Shown: positions 10,352-18,787 of the stretch, in pieces
Layout of the letters: each line of letters opens with the position of its first letter
Position numbering within the stretch: the first letter of the stretch is position 1
From: Thermoplasmata archaeon
Lineage (GTDB): Archaea > Thermoplasmatota > Thermoplasmata > Lutacidiplasmatales > UBA184
Assembly: GCA_035507575.1 (NCBI GenBank)
Contig: DATJNY010000019.1
Coordinates: forward strand, 17,681-81,680
DNA length: 64,000 nt
Reading direction: 5' to 3'
The notes under the pieces: model-generated
What the model saw: only the letters and a program-made list of their open reading frames with translations
Database searches by the model: none
Told to the model about the DNA's origin: nothing
Position numbers and translations under genes: made by a program

Positions 10352-11698
10352 GTGGACGGCGAGGAGATCCAGCGGATCGTCCGGGAGACGAACTACGTCA
10401 CCTGGCGCAAGCAGGCCGGCTGGAACCCGCTCGTCGTCGCGCGCGCCGAGGGTTCCCGGTTCTGGGACAGCGCCGGCAAGGAGTATCTCGACCTCTCCTC
10501 CCAGCTGATCGCGACCAACTTGGGCCACGCGAACCCGGCGGTCGTCCAGGCGATCGCGGACCAGGCGCGTACCCTGCCTTACGCCGTGCCGGGGTTCGCG
10601 ACGGAGCCCCGGGCGCGCCTCTCGCTCGCGCTCCAGGAGATCCTCCCGAAGGGGCTCGACCGGTTCTTCTTCAGCACCTCGGGGACCGAGGCGAACGAGG
10701 CGGCGCTGAAGATCGCCCGGGTCGCGACCGGGCGCACCAAGATCCTGGCGCGGTACCGCTCCTACCACGGGGCGACGGCCGCCTCGATCTCCGTGACGGG
10801 GGAGATGCGCCGCCGTCCGATCGAGCGGGTGCAGCGGGTCCCGGGGACCGTCTTCGCGCCGGACTGCTACTGCTACCGCTGCCCGTTCGGCCTCACGTAC
10901 CCGGACTGCGGGGTCGCGTGCGCCGAGTACGTGGACTACCAGCTCGAGCGGGAGGGCGACGTCGCGGCGATGATCGTCGAACCCGTCGTCGGGACGAACG
11001 GGGTCCTCGTGCCGGTGCCGGAGTACCTGCCCCGCCTCCGCGCGATCACGCGCAAGCACGACGTGCTGCTCCTCGCGGACGAGGTGATGAGCGCGTGGGG
11101 CCGCGTCGGCGAGTGGTTCGCCGTCGACCACTGGAACGTCGTCCCCGACCTCCTCACGACCGCGAAGGGGATCACCGGCGCCCACATCCCGCTCGGGCTG
11201 ACCGCGACGACCGCGAAGCTGCACGACGCGTTCCAGGACACATACTTCCCGCACGGCCACACCTACGAGGCCCATCCCCTGACGCTGGCCCCGGCGGTCG
11301 CGGCGATCGGGGAGTACCGCCGGCTGGGCCTGCTCGAGAAGTCCCGGAAGGACGGAGCGTACTTGCTGCAGCGCCTCCAGGAGCTCCAGGCGCGGCACCG
11401 GTCCGTGGGCGAGGTCCGGGGGCTCGGGCTGTTCGCCGCGGTCGAGCTCGTGAAGAACCGGGCGAAGCGCGTCCCGTTCAACACCGAGGACGACAAGCTC
11501 GCGGGCCGGCCGCTCGTCGTGGATCGGGTGACGGCGGCGATGCTGAAGGAGGGGGTCTACTGCATCGGATGGGTCTCCCACCTGATCATCGCGCCGCCGC
11601 TCATCATCGCGCGCGAGGAGCTCGACCGGGCGCTCGAGGTGCTCGATCGCGCCCTGCTCCTCGCCGACGCCGAGGCGGATCCGGCGCCCGCCGCGTAG
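10352..11698 (+). CDS. Class III PLP aminotransferase (omega-amine/taurine/beta-alanine:pyruvate-like)
   Basis: GTG at 10352. 'YLDLSSQL', 'SGTEANEAA', 'SYHGAT', 'EPVVGTNG', 'DEVMSAWGR', 'TTAKGIT', 'HGHTYEAHP'. Confidence 0.88.
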   Translation: MDGEEIQRIVRETNYVTWRKQAGWNPLVVARAEGSRFWDSAGKEYLDLSSQLIATNLGHANPAVVQAIADQARTLPYAVPGFATEPRARLSLALQEILPKGLDRFFFSTSGTEANEAALKIARVATGRTKILARYRSYHGATAASISVTGEMRRRPIERVQRVPGTVFAPDCYCYRCPFGLTYPDCGVACAEYVDYQLEREGDVAAMIVEPVVGTNGVLVPVPEYLPRLRAITRKHDVLLLADEVMSAWGRVGEWFAVDHWNVVPDLLTTAKGITGAHIPLGLTATTAKLHDAFQDTYFPHGHTYEAHPLTLAPAVAAIGEYRRLGLLEKSRKDGAYLLQRLQELQARHRSVGEVRGLGLFAAVELVKNRAKRVPFNTEDDKLAGRPLVVDRVTAAMLKEGVYCIGWVSHLIIAPPLIIAREELDRALEVLDRALLLADAEADPAPAA

Positions 11699-11705
11699 CC
11701 CGCGC

Positions 11706-13154
11706 TCAGAACCAGCGGGTCGTCACGACCTTCTTGCGGGTGTAGAACTCGATCGCGTCGCGGCCCGTCGCGTGGAGGTCGCCGTAGAAGGAGCCCTTCC
11801 AGCCGACGAACGGGAAGTAGGCCGCCGGAGCGGGGACACCGAGATTGATGCCGACCATCCCGGCCTCGATGCGGTGGGCGAACTCGCGGGCCGCGCGGCC
11901 GTCCCGGGTGAAGATCACCGCCGCATTGCCGTACCGGGACCGGTTCGCCACCTCGAGCGCGGCGTCGAGTGACGCCACCCGGATCACTGCGAGGACGGGA
12001 CCGAAGACCTCCTCCTGGGCGATCGCCATCTCGGGCGCGACCCGGTCGAACAGCACCGGCGCCACGTAGAACCCGTCCCCCGCGCTGGGGGCGGCCCCGC
12101 GGGCGGCGACGGTCGCCCCGCCGGCCTCGCCCTCCTCGATCCAGCGGAGCACGCGCTCGCGATGTTCCGCACGGATCACGGGTCCGACCGCCGTCGCGCG
12201 GTCGCCGGCGGGCCCGACCGCGAGGTGCCGTACCGCTTCCGCGAGCCGCGCGACGAGCGCGTCCCCGACGGGTTCGACCGCCAGCACGACGCTCCCCGCG
12301 AGGCAGCGCTCGCCGGACTGGCCGAACGCGCTCGAAAGGATGGCGGGGACCGACCGCTCGAGGTCGGCGTCCGGCATCACCACCATGTGGTTCTTCGCGC
12401 CCGCGAGCGCCTGGACGCGCTTTCCGTGCGCGGCGGCGGTCGTGTAGACGTGCCGGGCGGTCGGGGCCGAGCCGACGAACGACACCGCGTCGACGCCCGG
12501 ATGGGTGAGCAGCGCGTTGACCGCCGCGGCGTCCCCGTGGACGAGGTTGAACGTCCCCGGCGGGAACCCCGCCTCGTCGAACAGCCGGGCGAGCAGGCCG
12601 GCGGAGAGCGGCACCCGCTCCGACGGCTTCAGGACGAAGGCGTTGCCGCAGACGAGCGCGAGCGGCGCCATCCACAGCGGGATCATGACCGGGAAGTTGA
12701 ACGGGGTGATCCCGGCGACCACTCCGAGAGGCTGCCGCACGAGCGTCGTGTCGACGCCCGGGGAGACCTCCTCCAAGAACGCCCCCTGCATCGTGGTCGG
12801 CGCCGACGCCGCGAACTCGACGGCTTCGAGCCCGCGGCGGACCGAGCCGCGGGCCTCCTCGAGCGTCTTCCCGTTCTCGCGGACGACCGAGCTCACGAGC
12901 GCGTCGAAGTGCGCGTCGATCCCGGCCCGGAGTGCGAGGATCCGGCGCGCCCTCTCGGCGACCGGGACGTCCCGCCATCCGGGGAACGCGCGTCGCGCCG
13001 CGGCGACCGCGCCGTCGACGTCGGTCGGACCCGAGCGGGGGACCCGAGCGAGGAGCCGGCCGGTGGACGGGTCCGGCACATCGAGCGCCGCCTCGGCCGC
13101 AGCGCGGACCCAGCGACCGCCGACGAAGTTCTCGAGCACGTCGTCGCCGGACAT
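11706..13154 (-). CDS. mmsA: CoA-acylating (methyl)malonate-semialdehyde dehydrogenase
   Basis: GITPFNFP, 'HGKRVQALAGAKNH', 'GERCLAGS', 'FPFVGWKGSFYGDLH', 'FYTRKKVVTTRW'. Confidence 0.88.
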   Translation of the reverse strand: MSGDDVLENFVGGRWVRAAAEAALDVPDPSTGRLLARVPRSGPTDVDGAVAAARRAFPGWRDVPVAERARRILALRAGIDAHFDALVSSVVRENGKTLEEARGSVRRGLEAVEFAASAPTTMQGAFLEEVSPGVDTTLVRQPLGVVAGITPFNFPVMIPLWMAPLALVCGNAFVLKPSERVPLSAGLLARLFDEAGFPPGTFNLVHGDAAAVNALLTHPGVDAVSFVGSAPTARHVYTTAAAHGKRVQALAGAKNHMVVMPDADLERSVPAILSSAFGQSGERCLAGSVVLAVEPVGDALVARLAEAVRHLAVGPAGDRATAVGPVIRAEHRERVLRWIEEGEAGGATVAARGAAPSAGDGFYVAPVLFDRVAPEMAIAQEEVFGPVLAVIRVASLDAALEVANRSRYGNAAVIFTRDGRAAREFAHRIEAGMVGINLGVPAPAAYFPFVGWKGSFYGDLHATGRDAIEFYTRKKVVTTRWF

Positions 13155-13188
13155 CCGACGGTCCGGGAGTCGTCCGGGGTCTTGAGGG

Positions 13189-14025
13189 TCACGGACGAGG
13201 CGCGTCGTCCGGGCGGCGACGGGCGGTGTAGATCGGGGTGACCGTCGTCAGCCGGACGGTGCCGCCGAACTCGACGCGAGCGACCCGTTCGATCGCGTCG
13301 AGGAAGCGCGTGCGGGCCCGGAGTGGCATCTTCCCGACCTCGCCGAACGTCCCGTAGAGCCCGCGGACCTCGTGCGCCGTGAGGTCGACCTCCGACCGGA
13401 TCGCTTCGTACGCGATCCGGTCGAAGCGGCCCGTGGCGCGAAGGTGGCGGAGCCGGCGGCGGACCTCCTCCCGCATCTGACGCCGGCTGTCCCGCACCCA
13501 CTGCTCGTACCGGCTCGGGCGGGAACCCCAGATCGCCATCGTCGCGCGCTGGAATTCGGTCGGGCGCTCCGGATCCCCGTGGCGGTTCCACCACATCGCC
13601 CACCAGCCGCCGGGCCGAAGCAGTCGCGCGATCTTCGGGAGCGCCCGGTGCTCGTTGACCCAGTGGAAGGAGGTCGCCGCCACGCCGAGGTCGAAGAGAC
13701 CCTCGGGGAGGACCGCCTCCTCGAACGGCGTGTTCACGATCAGGACCCGGGGTCGCGCCGCGCGGAGCGAGACGTCGAGGTAGCGGGCGAGTCGGGGGTC
13801 GGGTTCGATCGCGCAGAGCGGGTCCGCCCCCGCGCGGAGGAGGATCCGGCTCGCGACGCCGGGGCCCGGGCCGATCTCGAAGACGGCGGCGCCGGGGGCC
13901 AATCCGCACCGGCGCTCCAGGATCTCGCGGACCCGCCGGGGATACGGGAGCCGGTACCGGGCGTAGCCCGCGGGATCGCGGCCGAACGCCCGACGGCCCT
14001 CGCGACGCAGGAGCGACGGTGCCAT
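13189..14025 (-). CDS. Class I SAM-dependent methyltransferase
   Basis: ATG at 14025. 'YARYRLPYP', motif I 'FEIGPGPG', 'AIEPD', 'FDLGVAATSFHWV', 'LRPGG'. Confidence 0.85.
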   Translation of the reverse strand: MAPSLLRREGRRAFGRDPAGYARYRLPYPRRVREILERRCGLAPGAAVFEIGPGPGVASRILLRAGADPLCAIEPDPRLARYLDVSLRAARPRVLIVNTPFEEAVLPEGLFDLGVAATSFHWVNEHRALPKIARLLRPGGWWAMWWNRHGDPERPTEFQRATMAIWGSRPSRYEQWVRDSRRQMREEVRRRLRHLRATGRFDRIAYEAIRSEVDLTAHEVRGLYGTFGEVGKMPLRARTRFLDAIERVARVEFGGTVRLTTVTPIYTARRRPDDAPRP

Positions 14026-14163
14026 GCTCGAACGCCCCACAGCCCGGGCCGAGGAGATGAGCTGTCCCCTCGCGGGCCCCCGCCCGGGAGGGTTTTTGTA
14101 AGGGCAGGGGCTCCGAAGCTCCACGGTCCGACCGCCGGTCGGGCTGACCTGGGAGATGGGACA

Positions 14164-15531
14164 CTGGACCCCCGCTTTGCAACCGCGTTCGCGGAGTACC
14201 AGCGGCGCACGCCGCGCTCGAAGGAGCTGTGGGAGCGCGCCCGGCAGTCGAGCCCCCTAGGGGTCCACTCGAACTATCGATTCCTCGATCCGTACCCGTT
14301 CTACGTCCACCGCGCCTCGGGCGTCCACCTGTGGGACGCCGACGAGAACGAGTACCTGGACTTCAACATGGGATTCGGCTCGTTGCAGAGCGGCCACGCG
14401 CACCCGAAGCTGGTCGAGGCGCTCACCCGTCAGCTCCACGACGGGAGCGTGTACGGGTACGAGTGGGAGCGGACCCCCGAGGTCGCCGAGCGGATCTGCC
14501 GCCGGTACCGGATGGAGAAGGTCCGGTTCAGCACCACCGGCCTCGAGGCGACCCAGCACGCGGTCCGGTTCGCCCGGGCGTACACGAAGAAGCGCCACGT
14601 CCTCAAGTTCGAGGGCTGCTACCACGGCTCGCACGACACCCTCCTCGTCGGGGTGAAGCCCCGGGCGGAGGTCGCCGGACCCCCGCGTCACCCGAACTCC
14701 GCCCCGGCGTCGCCGGGGATCCTTCCCGAGGTCGCCGCCCACACGCTCGTCGCGCCGTTCAACGACCTCGAGGCGACGCGGGCGATCGCCCGGGAGCACG
14801 CGGACGACCTCGCGGCAATCATCGCGGAGCCGATCCCGATGAACATGGGGTTCATCCTGCCGGACGACGGCTTCTTTCCCGGGGTGCGCGAACTGTGCGA
14901 CGAGCTCGGGTCGCTCCTGATCCTGGACGAGATCAAGACCGGCGCGAAGTACCTGCACGGGGGCGCGGCCCGTCTCGGGGTCCGCGCGGACCTGATCACC
15001 CTCGGCAAGTCGATCGCCTGCGGCGTCCCGATGTCCGCGATCGCGGCCGGGCCGGGGATCCTGGATGAGGTCGGTCCCCGGAAGGTCGCCCACGCGGGGA
15101 CGTACAACTCGAACCCGCTCGGCATGGCCGCGTGCCTCGCCTCGCTCGACCACATCTTGACCGAGGAGGCGCTCGAGCGGTCCGCCGCACTCAACGCCCA
15201 GCTCTCGAAGGGATACGCCGAGGTGTTCGACGACGCGGGGGTGACGGCGCACGTCTCCTCGGACGGGGTCTCGGGCACCGTGTACTTCACGGACCACCCC
15301 GTCCGCAACTGGCGGGATTTCCTGACCGTCGACGGCGACCGGTCGATGCAGTACTACTACGAATCTCTGAACCGGGGGCTGATCCCCTCCGGCACCGGTC
15401 CTGATGAGCAGTGGACGATCTCGGTCCAGCACACGGCGCGGGACGTGGAGCGTCACCTCGAGATCCTGGGGGCCGTGGCGGAGCACCTCGTGGGGGCCCC
15501 CCAGGCCGGCGAGATCGAGGAGTCGGTCTGA
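14164..15531 (+). CDS. Class III aminotransferase, glutamate-1-semialdehyde aminomutase-like paralog (start codon uncertain)
   Basis: 'TPRSKELWERA', 'KFEGCYHGSHD', 'EPIPMNMG', 'DEIKTG', 'GKSIACG', 'HAGTYNSNP'. No in-frame ATG/GTG/TTG precedes the conserved N-terminus, so CTG 14164 is used. Confidence 0.82.
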   Translation: MDPRFATAFAEYQRRTPRSKELWERARQSSPLGVHSNYRFLDPYPFYVHRASGVHLWDADENEYLDFNMGFGSLQSGHAHPKLVEALTRQLHDGSVYGYEWERTPEVAERICRRYRMEKVRFSTTGLEATQHAVRFARAYTKKRHVLKFEGCYHGSHDTLLVGVKPRAEVAGPPRHPNSAPASPGILPEVAAHTLVAPFNDLEATRAIAREHADDLAAIIAEPIPMNMGFILPDDGFFPGVRELCDELGSLLILDEIKTGAKYLHGGAARLGVRADLITLGKSIACGVPMSAIAAGPGILDEVGPRKVAHAGTYNSNPLGMAACLASLDHILTEEALERSAALNAQLSKGYAEVFDDAGVTAHVSSDGVSGTVYFTDHPVRNWRDFLTVDGDRSMQYYYESLNRGLIPSGTGPDEQWTISVQHTARDVERHLEILGAVAEHLVGAPQAGEIEESV

Positions 15532-15572
15532 ACCGGTTCGCCCGTCGTCCCGGCCGCGGCCGGCGCGGGCGA

Positions 15573-15890
15573 TCAGGCCGCCGAGCCTTCGGGCGGCGCG
15601 AAGACGACGAGCAGCACGAGTTCCTCCGTGATCGAATGGAACCGATGCGCCTCGCGCGCCGGCACGAACAGCACGTCCCCGGGGTTCGCCGGCGACTCCT
15701 CGTTCCCGTGCCGCAGCGTCCCGTGCCCCCGGACGACGTAGTAGATCTCGTCCTCGGTGTGCGGCGATTGCCGGTCGACCCCCCCGGCCGGGAGGACGTA
15801 CACCCCGACGCTGAGGGTCGCGACGCGCAGGAACTCCGCGTAGCCGTCGCCGCGCTTCGCCTTCCCGGCTTCCACCTCGATCGCGCTCAT
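15573..15890 (-). CDS. Cupin domain protein
   Basis: 'QSPHTEDEIYYVVRG' and 'PGDVLFVPAREAHRF' cupin motifs. Confidence 0.85.
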   Translation of the reverse strand: MSAIEVEAGKAKRGDGYAEFLRVATLSVGVYVLPAGGVDRQSPHTEDEIYYVVRGHGTLRHGNEESPANPGDVLFVPAREAHRFHSITEELVLLVVFAPPEGSAA

Positions 15891-15944
15891 CGAACGCCCG
15901 TCCCGCGCGAGCCGGCTGAGGGTGATAGCCGCGTCGGGCCGTGC

Positions 15945-17315
15945 TCACGCCCCGCGCCCGGCCCGGCGCGCGCGGAACTCGTCGGCGGCCCGAGTCCCGG
16001 TGTCGATCGCCCCGGCGACGGTGCCGGATTGTCCGTCGAGGTCCGTCGCCTCGCCTCCAAAGAAGAGCCGTCCCGCGACGCTCGCGGCGAGATCGCGCCG
16101 GGCCGCGAGGCCCACCCCCGGGGGAAGGTAGGAGTAACCGCCCCGCACCCAGGGATCGTCCGGCCAGCGATGCACGGCCATCCCGTCGACCTCCCCGACG
16201 CGGACGCCCGAGGGCAGCATCGCCTCCCACTCGACGAGGGTCGCGTCGACCAGCTCCCGGTCGGTGAGGCCAGCACGCCGTCGCGCTTCGGGGCCCACCG
16301 TGAACGCGGTCAGCACCTCGACGCGCTCTCGCAGCCCGACCCGGGGGCGATAGAGCGACGACGGCGTGCCGCCGTACAGGAGGGAGAAGTCGCCCCAGTG
16401 CTCGGTGAGCGAGCTCCCGCGGACGCGGAGCTGGAGGGCGTAGGCGTCGCCGAAAGCGATCCGCTCGATCGCGCGGCGTTTCGCATCGGGGAGCGGCGGA
16501 TCGAACCGGATCGCCCCGGCCTTGAGCACACCGAGCGAGACCGTGACGATCGCCGCCGAGGACCGTACCTCGAAGGAGTCCCCGTTCGGACGGCGGCCCC
16601 GGACGAGCACTCCGTCGGGCTCGAGGAGGACGTCGGTGACCGCGTGCCCGAGACGAACGCGAGGCCCCAGGCGACTGGCGACGCGCTCGACGAGGGTGCT
16701 GTACCCCTCGACCAACTGGAAGTTCCGGAACCCGTACGGTTCGCGCGCCGCACGATACTCCTCCGCCGGACCGAGCAGCCCGATCACGGACGGCTCGGCG
16801 GCAGCAACGTGGGCGTAGAGCAACTCAACGATCCGGCGGGCCGCGGGCCGCCGGGGCCGCTCGTCCAGGAACTGCGCCAGCGAACGATCGGGAGCGGTCG
16901 CCGCGTCGATCTCGCGAGGAACCTCCACGAGTCCCTCGTAGAACGCCCGGGAGCCAACGAGGGGATGGAACGGCAGCGCGATCCACGGGAACCGACCGAC
17001 CCGCCGATCGAGCACGATGCGGCTGCGCTGCTGCACCGGCAAGCGCCGACGGTGGAGCTGTTCCCGTGCGACCCAGCGATGGGTCACAGCGGTGCGGCCG
17101 TGGATCATCTGGGCGCCGAGCTCGAGCGGTACCCCTTCGACGAGCCGGTAGTCGGTGTACGTCCGGCCGCCGAGCCGATCGCTCGCCTCGAGCACCACAC
17201 ACGTGTGGCCGGCCTCGATGAGCCGCAGCGCGGCGGAGAGGCCGGCGAAGCCCCCGCCGATCACGACGGCGTCGCTCCGTCCGTCCGTCGCGCCACCCCC
17301 TCCGCCGGGAGTCAA
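15945..17315 (-). CDS. Flavin-containing amine oxidase (monoamine/polyamine oxidase family)
   Basis: GGGFAGL...VLEASDRLGGRTYT, ELGAQMIHG, 'WPDDPWVRGGYSY', 'LFFGGEAT', 'GTVAGAIDTGTRAA'. Confidence 0.88.
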   Translation of the reverse strand: MTPGGGGGATDGRSDAVVIGGGFAGLSAALRLIEAGHTCVVLEASDRLGGRTYTDYRLVEGVPLELGAQMIHGRTAVTHRWVAREQLHRRRLPVQQRSRIVLDRRVGRFPWIALPFHPLVGSRAFYEGLVEVPREIDAATAPDRSLAQFLDERPRRPAARRIVELLYAHVAAAEPSVIGLLGPAEEYRAAREPYGFRNFQLVEGYSTLVERVASRLGPRVRLGHAVTDVLLEPDGVLVRGRRPNGDSFEVRSSAAIVTVSLGVLKAGAIRFDPPLPDAKRRAIERIAFGDAYALQLRVRGSSLTEHWGDFSLLYGGTPSSLYRPRVGLRERVEVLTAFTVGPEARRRAGLTDRELVDATLVEWEAMLPSGVRVGEVDGMAVHRWPDDPWVRGGYSYLPPGVGLAARRDLAASVAGRLFFGGEATDLDGQSGTVAGAIDTGTRAADEFRARRAGRGA

Positions 17316-17562
17316 GAGCTCGCGTCCCGTGCCGGGGGCGCGGCGATCGGCCGACGGCGTGGCGCCGGGGCGCGAGAACGTTTCGTGTACGACGCACGCC
17401 AGGCGGTCGGCTGCGTTCGGGGGGACACGCGGCTCGGGAGGGAGAGGGGCGGCTTAATCGCGAGCCCTCGCCGTCGGCCCGCGAGGAGCCGATGGGCGAG
17501 GACGCGGTCCGCCCTCGGCGGCAAACAACGCCTTTAACGCTCGCCCCCCCTCCCGGCGCTCG

Positions 17563-18762
17563 ATGCCGGCGCCCGCGCAGGCCGCGCGACGGGAGACCTC
17601 CTCGACGGGGCCGTCCGGGGCGAAGCCGGGGCCGGGCCGAACCCCGGACGGATCGGTCTACTGGGATCCCGCGGTGTGGACGACCGAGCTCGACCGGCTG
17701 TTCTACCGGCGATGGCTCTGCGTCGGCCGCGCGGAGCAGATCCCGGAAACCGGAGATTTCCTCACGCGCACGGTCGGCCGCGAACACCTGCTGTTCGTCC
17801 GCGCGCCGGCCGGGGACGTGCGGGGCTTCTACAACCTCTGCCGCCACCGCGGCACGCGCATCGTCCTCGCTCCCGAAGGGAAGGGAGCCCACTCGTTCAT
17901 CTGTCCGTACCACGCCTGGTCGTACGATCTCACCGGCCACCTCGTCGGCGCCCGGCACATGGACGGCGAGGAAGGGTTCGACCGCGCCCAGTTCGCCCTC
18001 CACCCGATCCGCGTCGCCACCTGGGGCGGGTTCCTCTGGGCGAACCTCGAGCCCGACGCGCCGCCCCTGGCGGGCGCGCTCGGCCCGTTCTTCGACCGGT
18101 TCGCCCGCTTTTCGCTGGCCGATCTGCGCCGCGGGGGCCACCGAGAGTACGAGGTCGAGGCGAACTGGAAGATCGTCGTCGAGAACTTCTCCGAGTGCTA
18201 CCACTGCGCGCCGGTGCATCCCAGCCTGAACCGGCTGACGCCGTACCTCTCGGGAGGGAACGATGCGACGTTCCGCCGGGCGGACGGCCCTCCCTCGCCG
18301 TGCGCCGGCGGCTTCATGGAGTTCGCCCGGGACTTCCAATCGATGACGCGGACCGGCTACACGCAGCGGCCGCGGCTGCCCGGCACCACGGACGAGGACG
18401 CCCGCCGGGTCTACTACTACGTGGTCTTCCCGAACCTGTTCTTCAGCCTGCACCCGGACTACCTCATGATCCACCGGGTCTGGCCGGTCTCGCCGACGCA
18501 CTCGCGCATCGAGAACGAGTTCTACTTCGCCCCCGAGGCGATGGCGGCGCCGGCGTTCGACCCGTCCGACGCGATCGATCTCTGGGACGAGATCAATCGC
18601 CAGGACTGGACCGTCTGCGAACTGGCGCAGGAAGGGATGGGCTCGCGCGCGTGGACGGGCGGGGTCTACAGCGACCGGGAGTCGCTCGTCCGCGACTTCG
18701 ATGAGTTCCTCGCGGACGAACTCCAGCGCGCCGACCCGGACCGTACGGCCGGGCCCGGCTGA
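17563..18762 (+). CDS. Rieske non-heme iron oxygenase alpha subunit (quaternary-amine oxygenase group: GbcA/Stc2/choline monooxygenase-like)
   Basis: Rieske ligands CRHRG...CPYHAW, mononuclear Fe site 'NWKIVVENFSECYHCAPVHP', and 'QDWTVCE'. Confidence 0.88.
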   Translation: MPAPAQAARRETSSTGPSGAKPGPGRTPDGSVYWDPAVWTTELDRLFYRRWLCVGRAEQIPETGDFLTRTVGREHLLFVRAPAGDVRGFYNLCRHRGTRIVLAPEGKGAHSFICPYHAWSYDLTGHLVGARHMDGEEGFDRAQFALHPIRVATWGGFLWANLEPDAPPLAGALGPFFDRFARFSLADLRRGGHREYEVEANWKIVVENFSECYHCAPVHPSLNRLTPYLSGGNDATFRRADGPPSPCAGGFMEFARDFQSMTRTGYTQRPRLPGTTDEDARRVYYYVVFPNLFFSLHPDYLMIHRVWPVSPTHSRIENEFYFAPEAMAAPAFDPSDAIDLWDEINRQDWTVCELAQEGMGSRAWTGGVYSDRESLVRDFDEFLADELQRADPDRTAGPG

Positions 18763-18787
18763 CCGCGCGGACCGTTCGGACGCGCGG

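Noticed and set aside
14164..15531. Calling this gene hemL
   Set aside because: It has PLGVHSNYR rather than the HemL PGGVNSPVR motif, and the context is catabolic with no hem genes.
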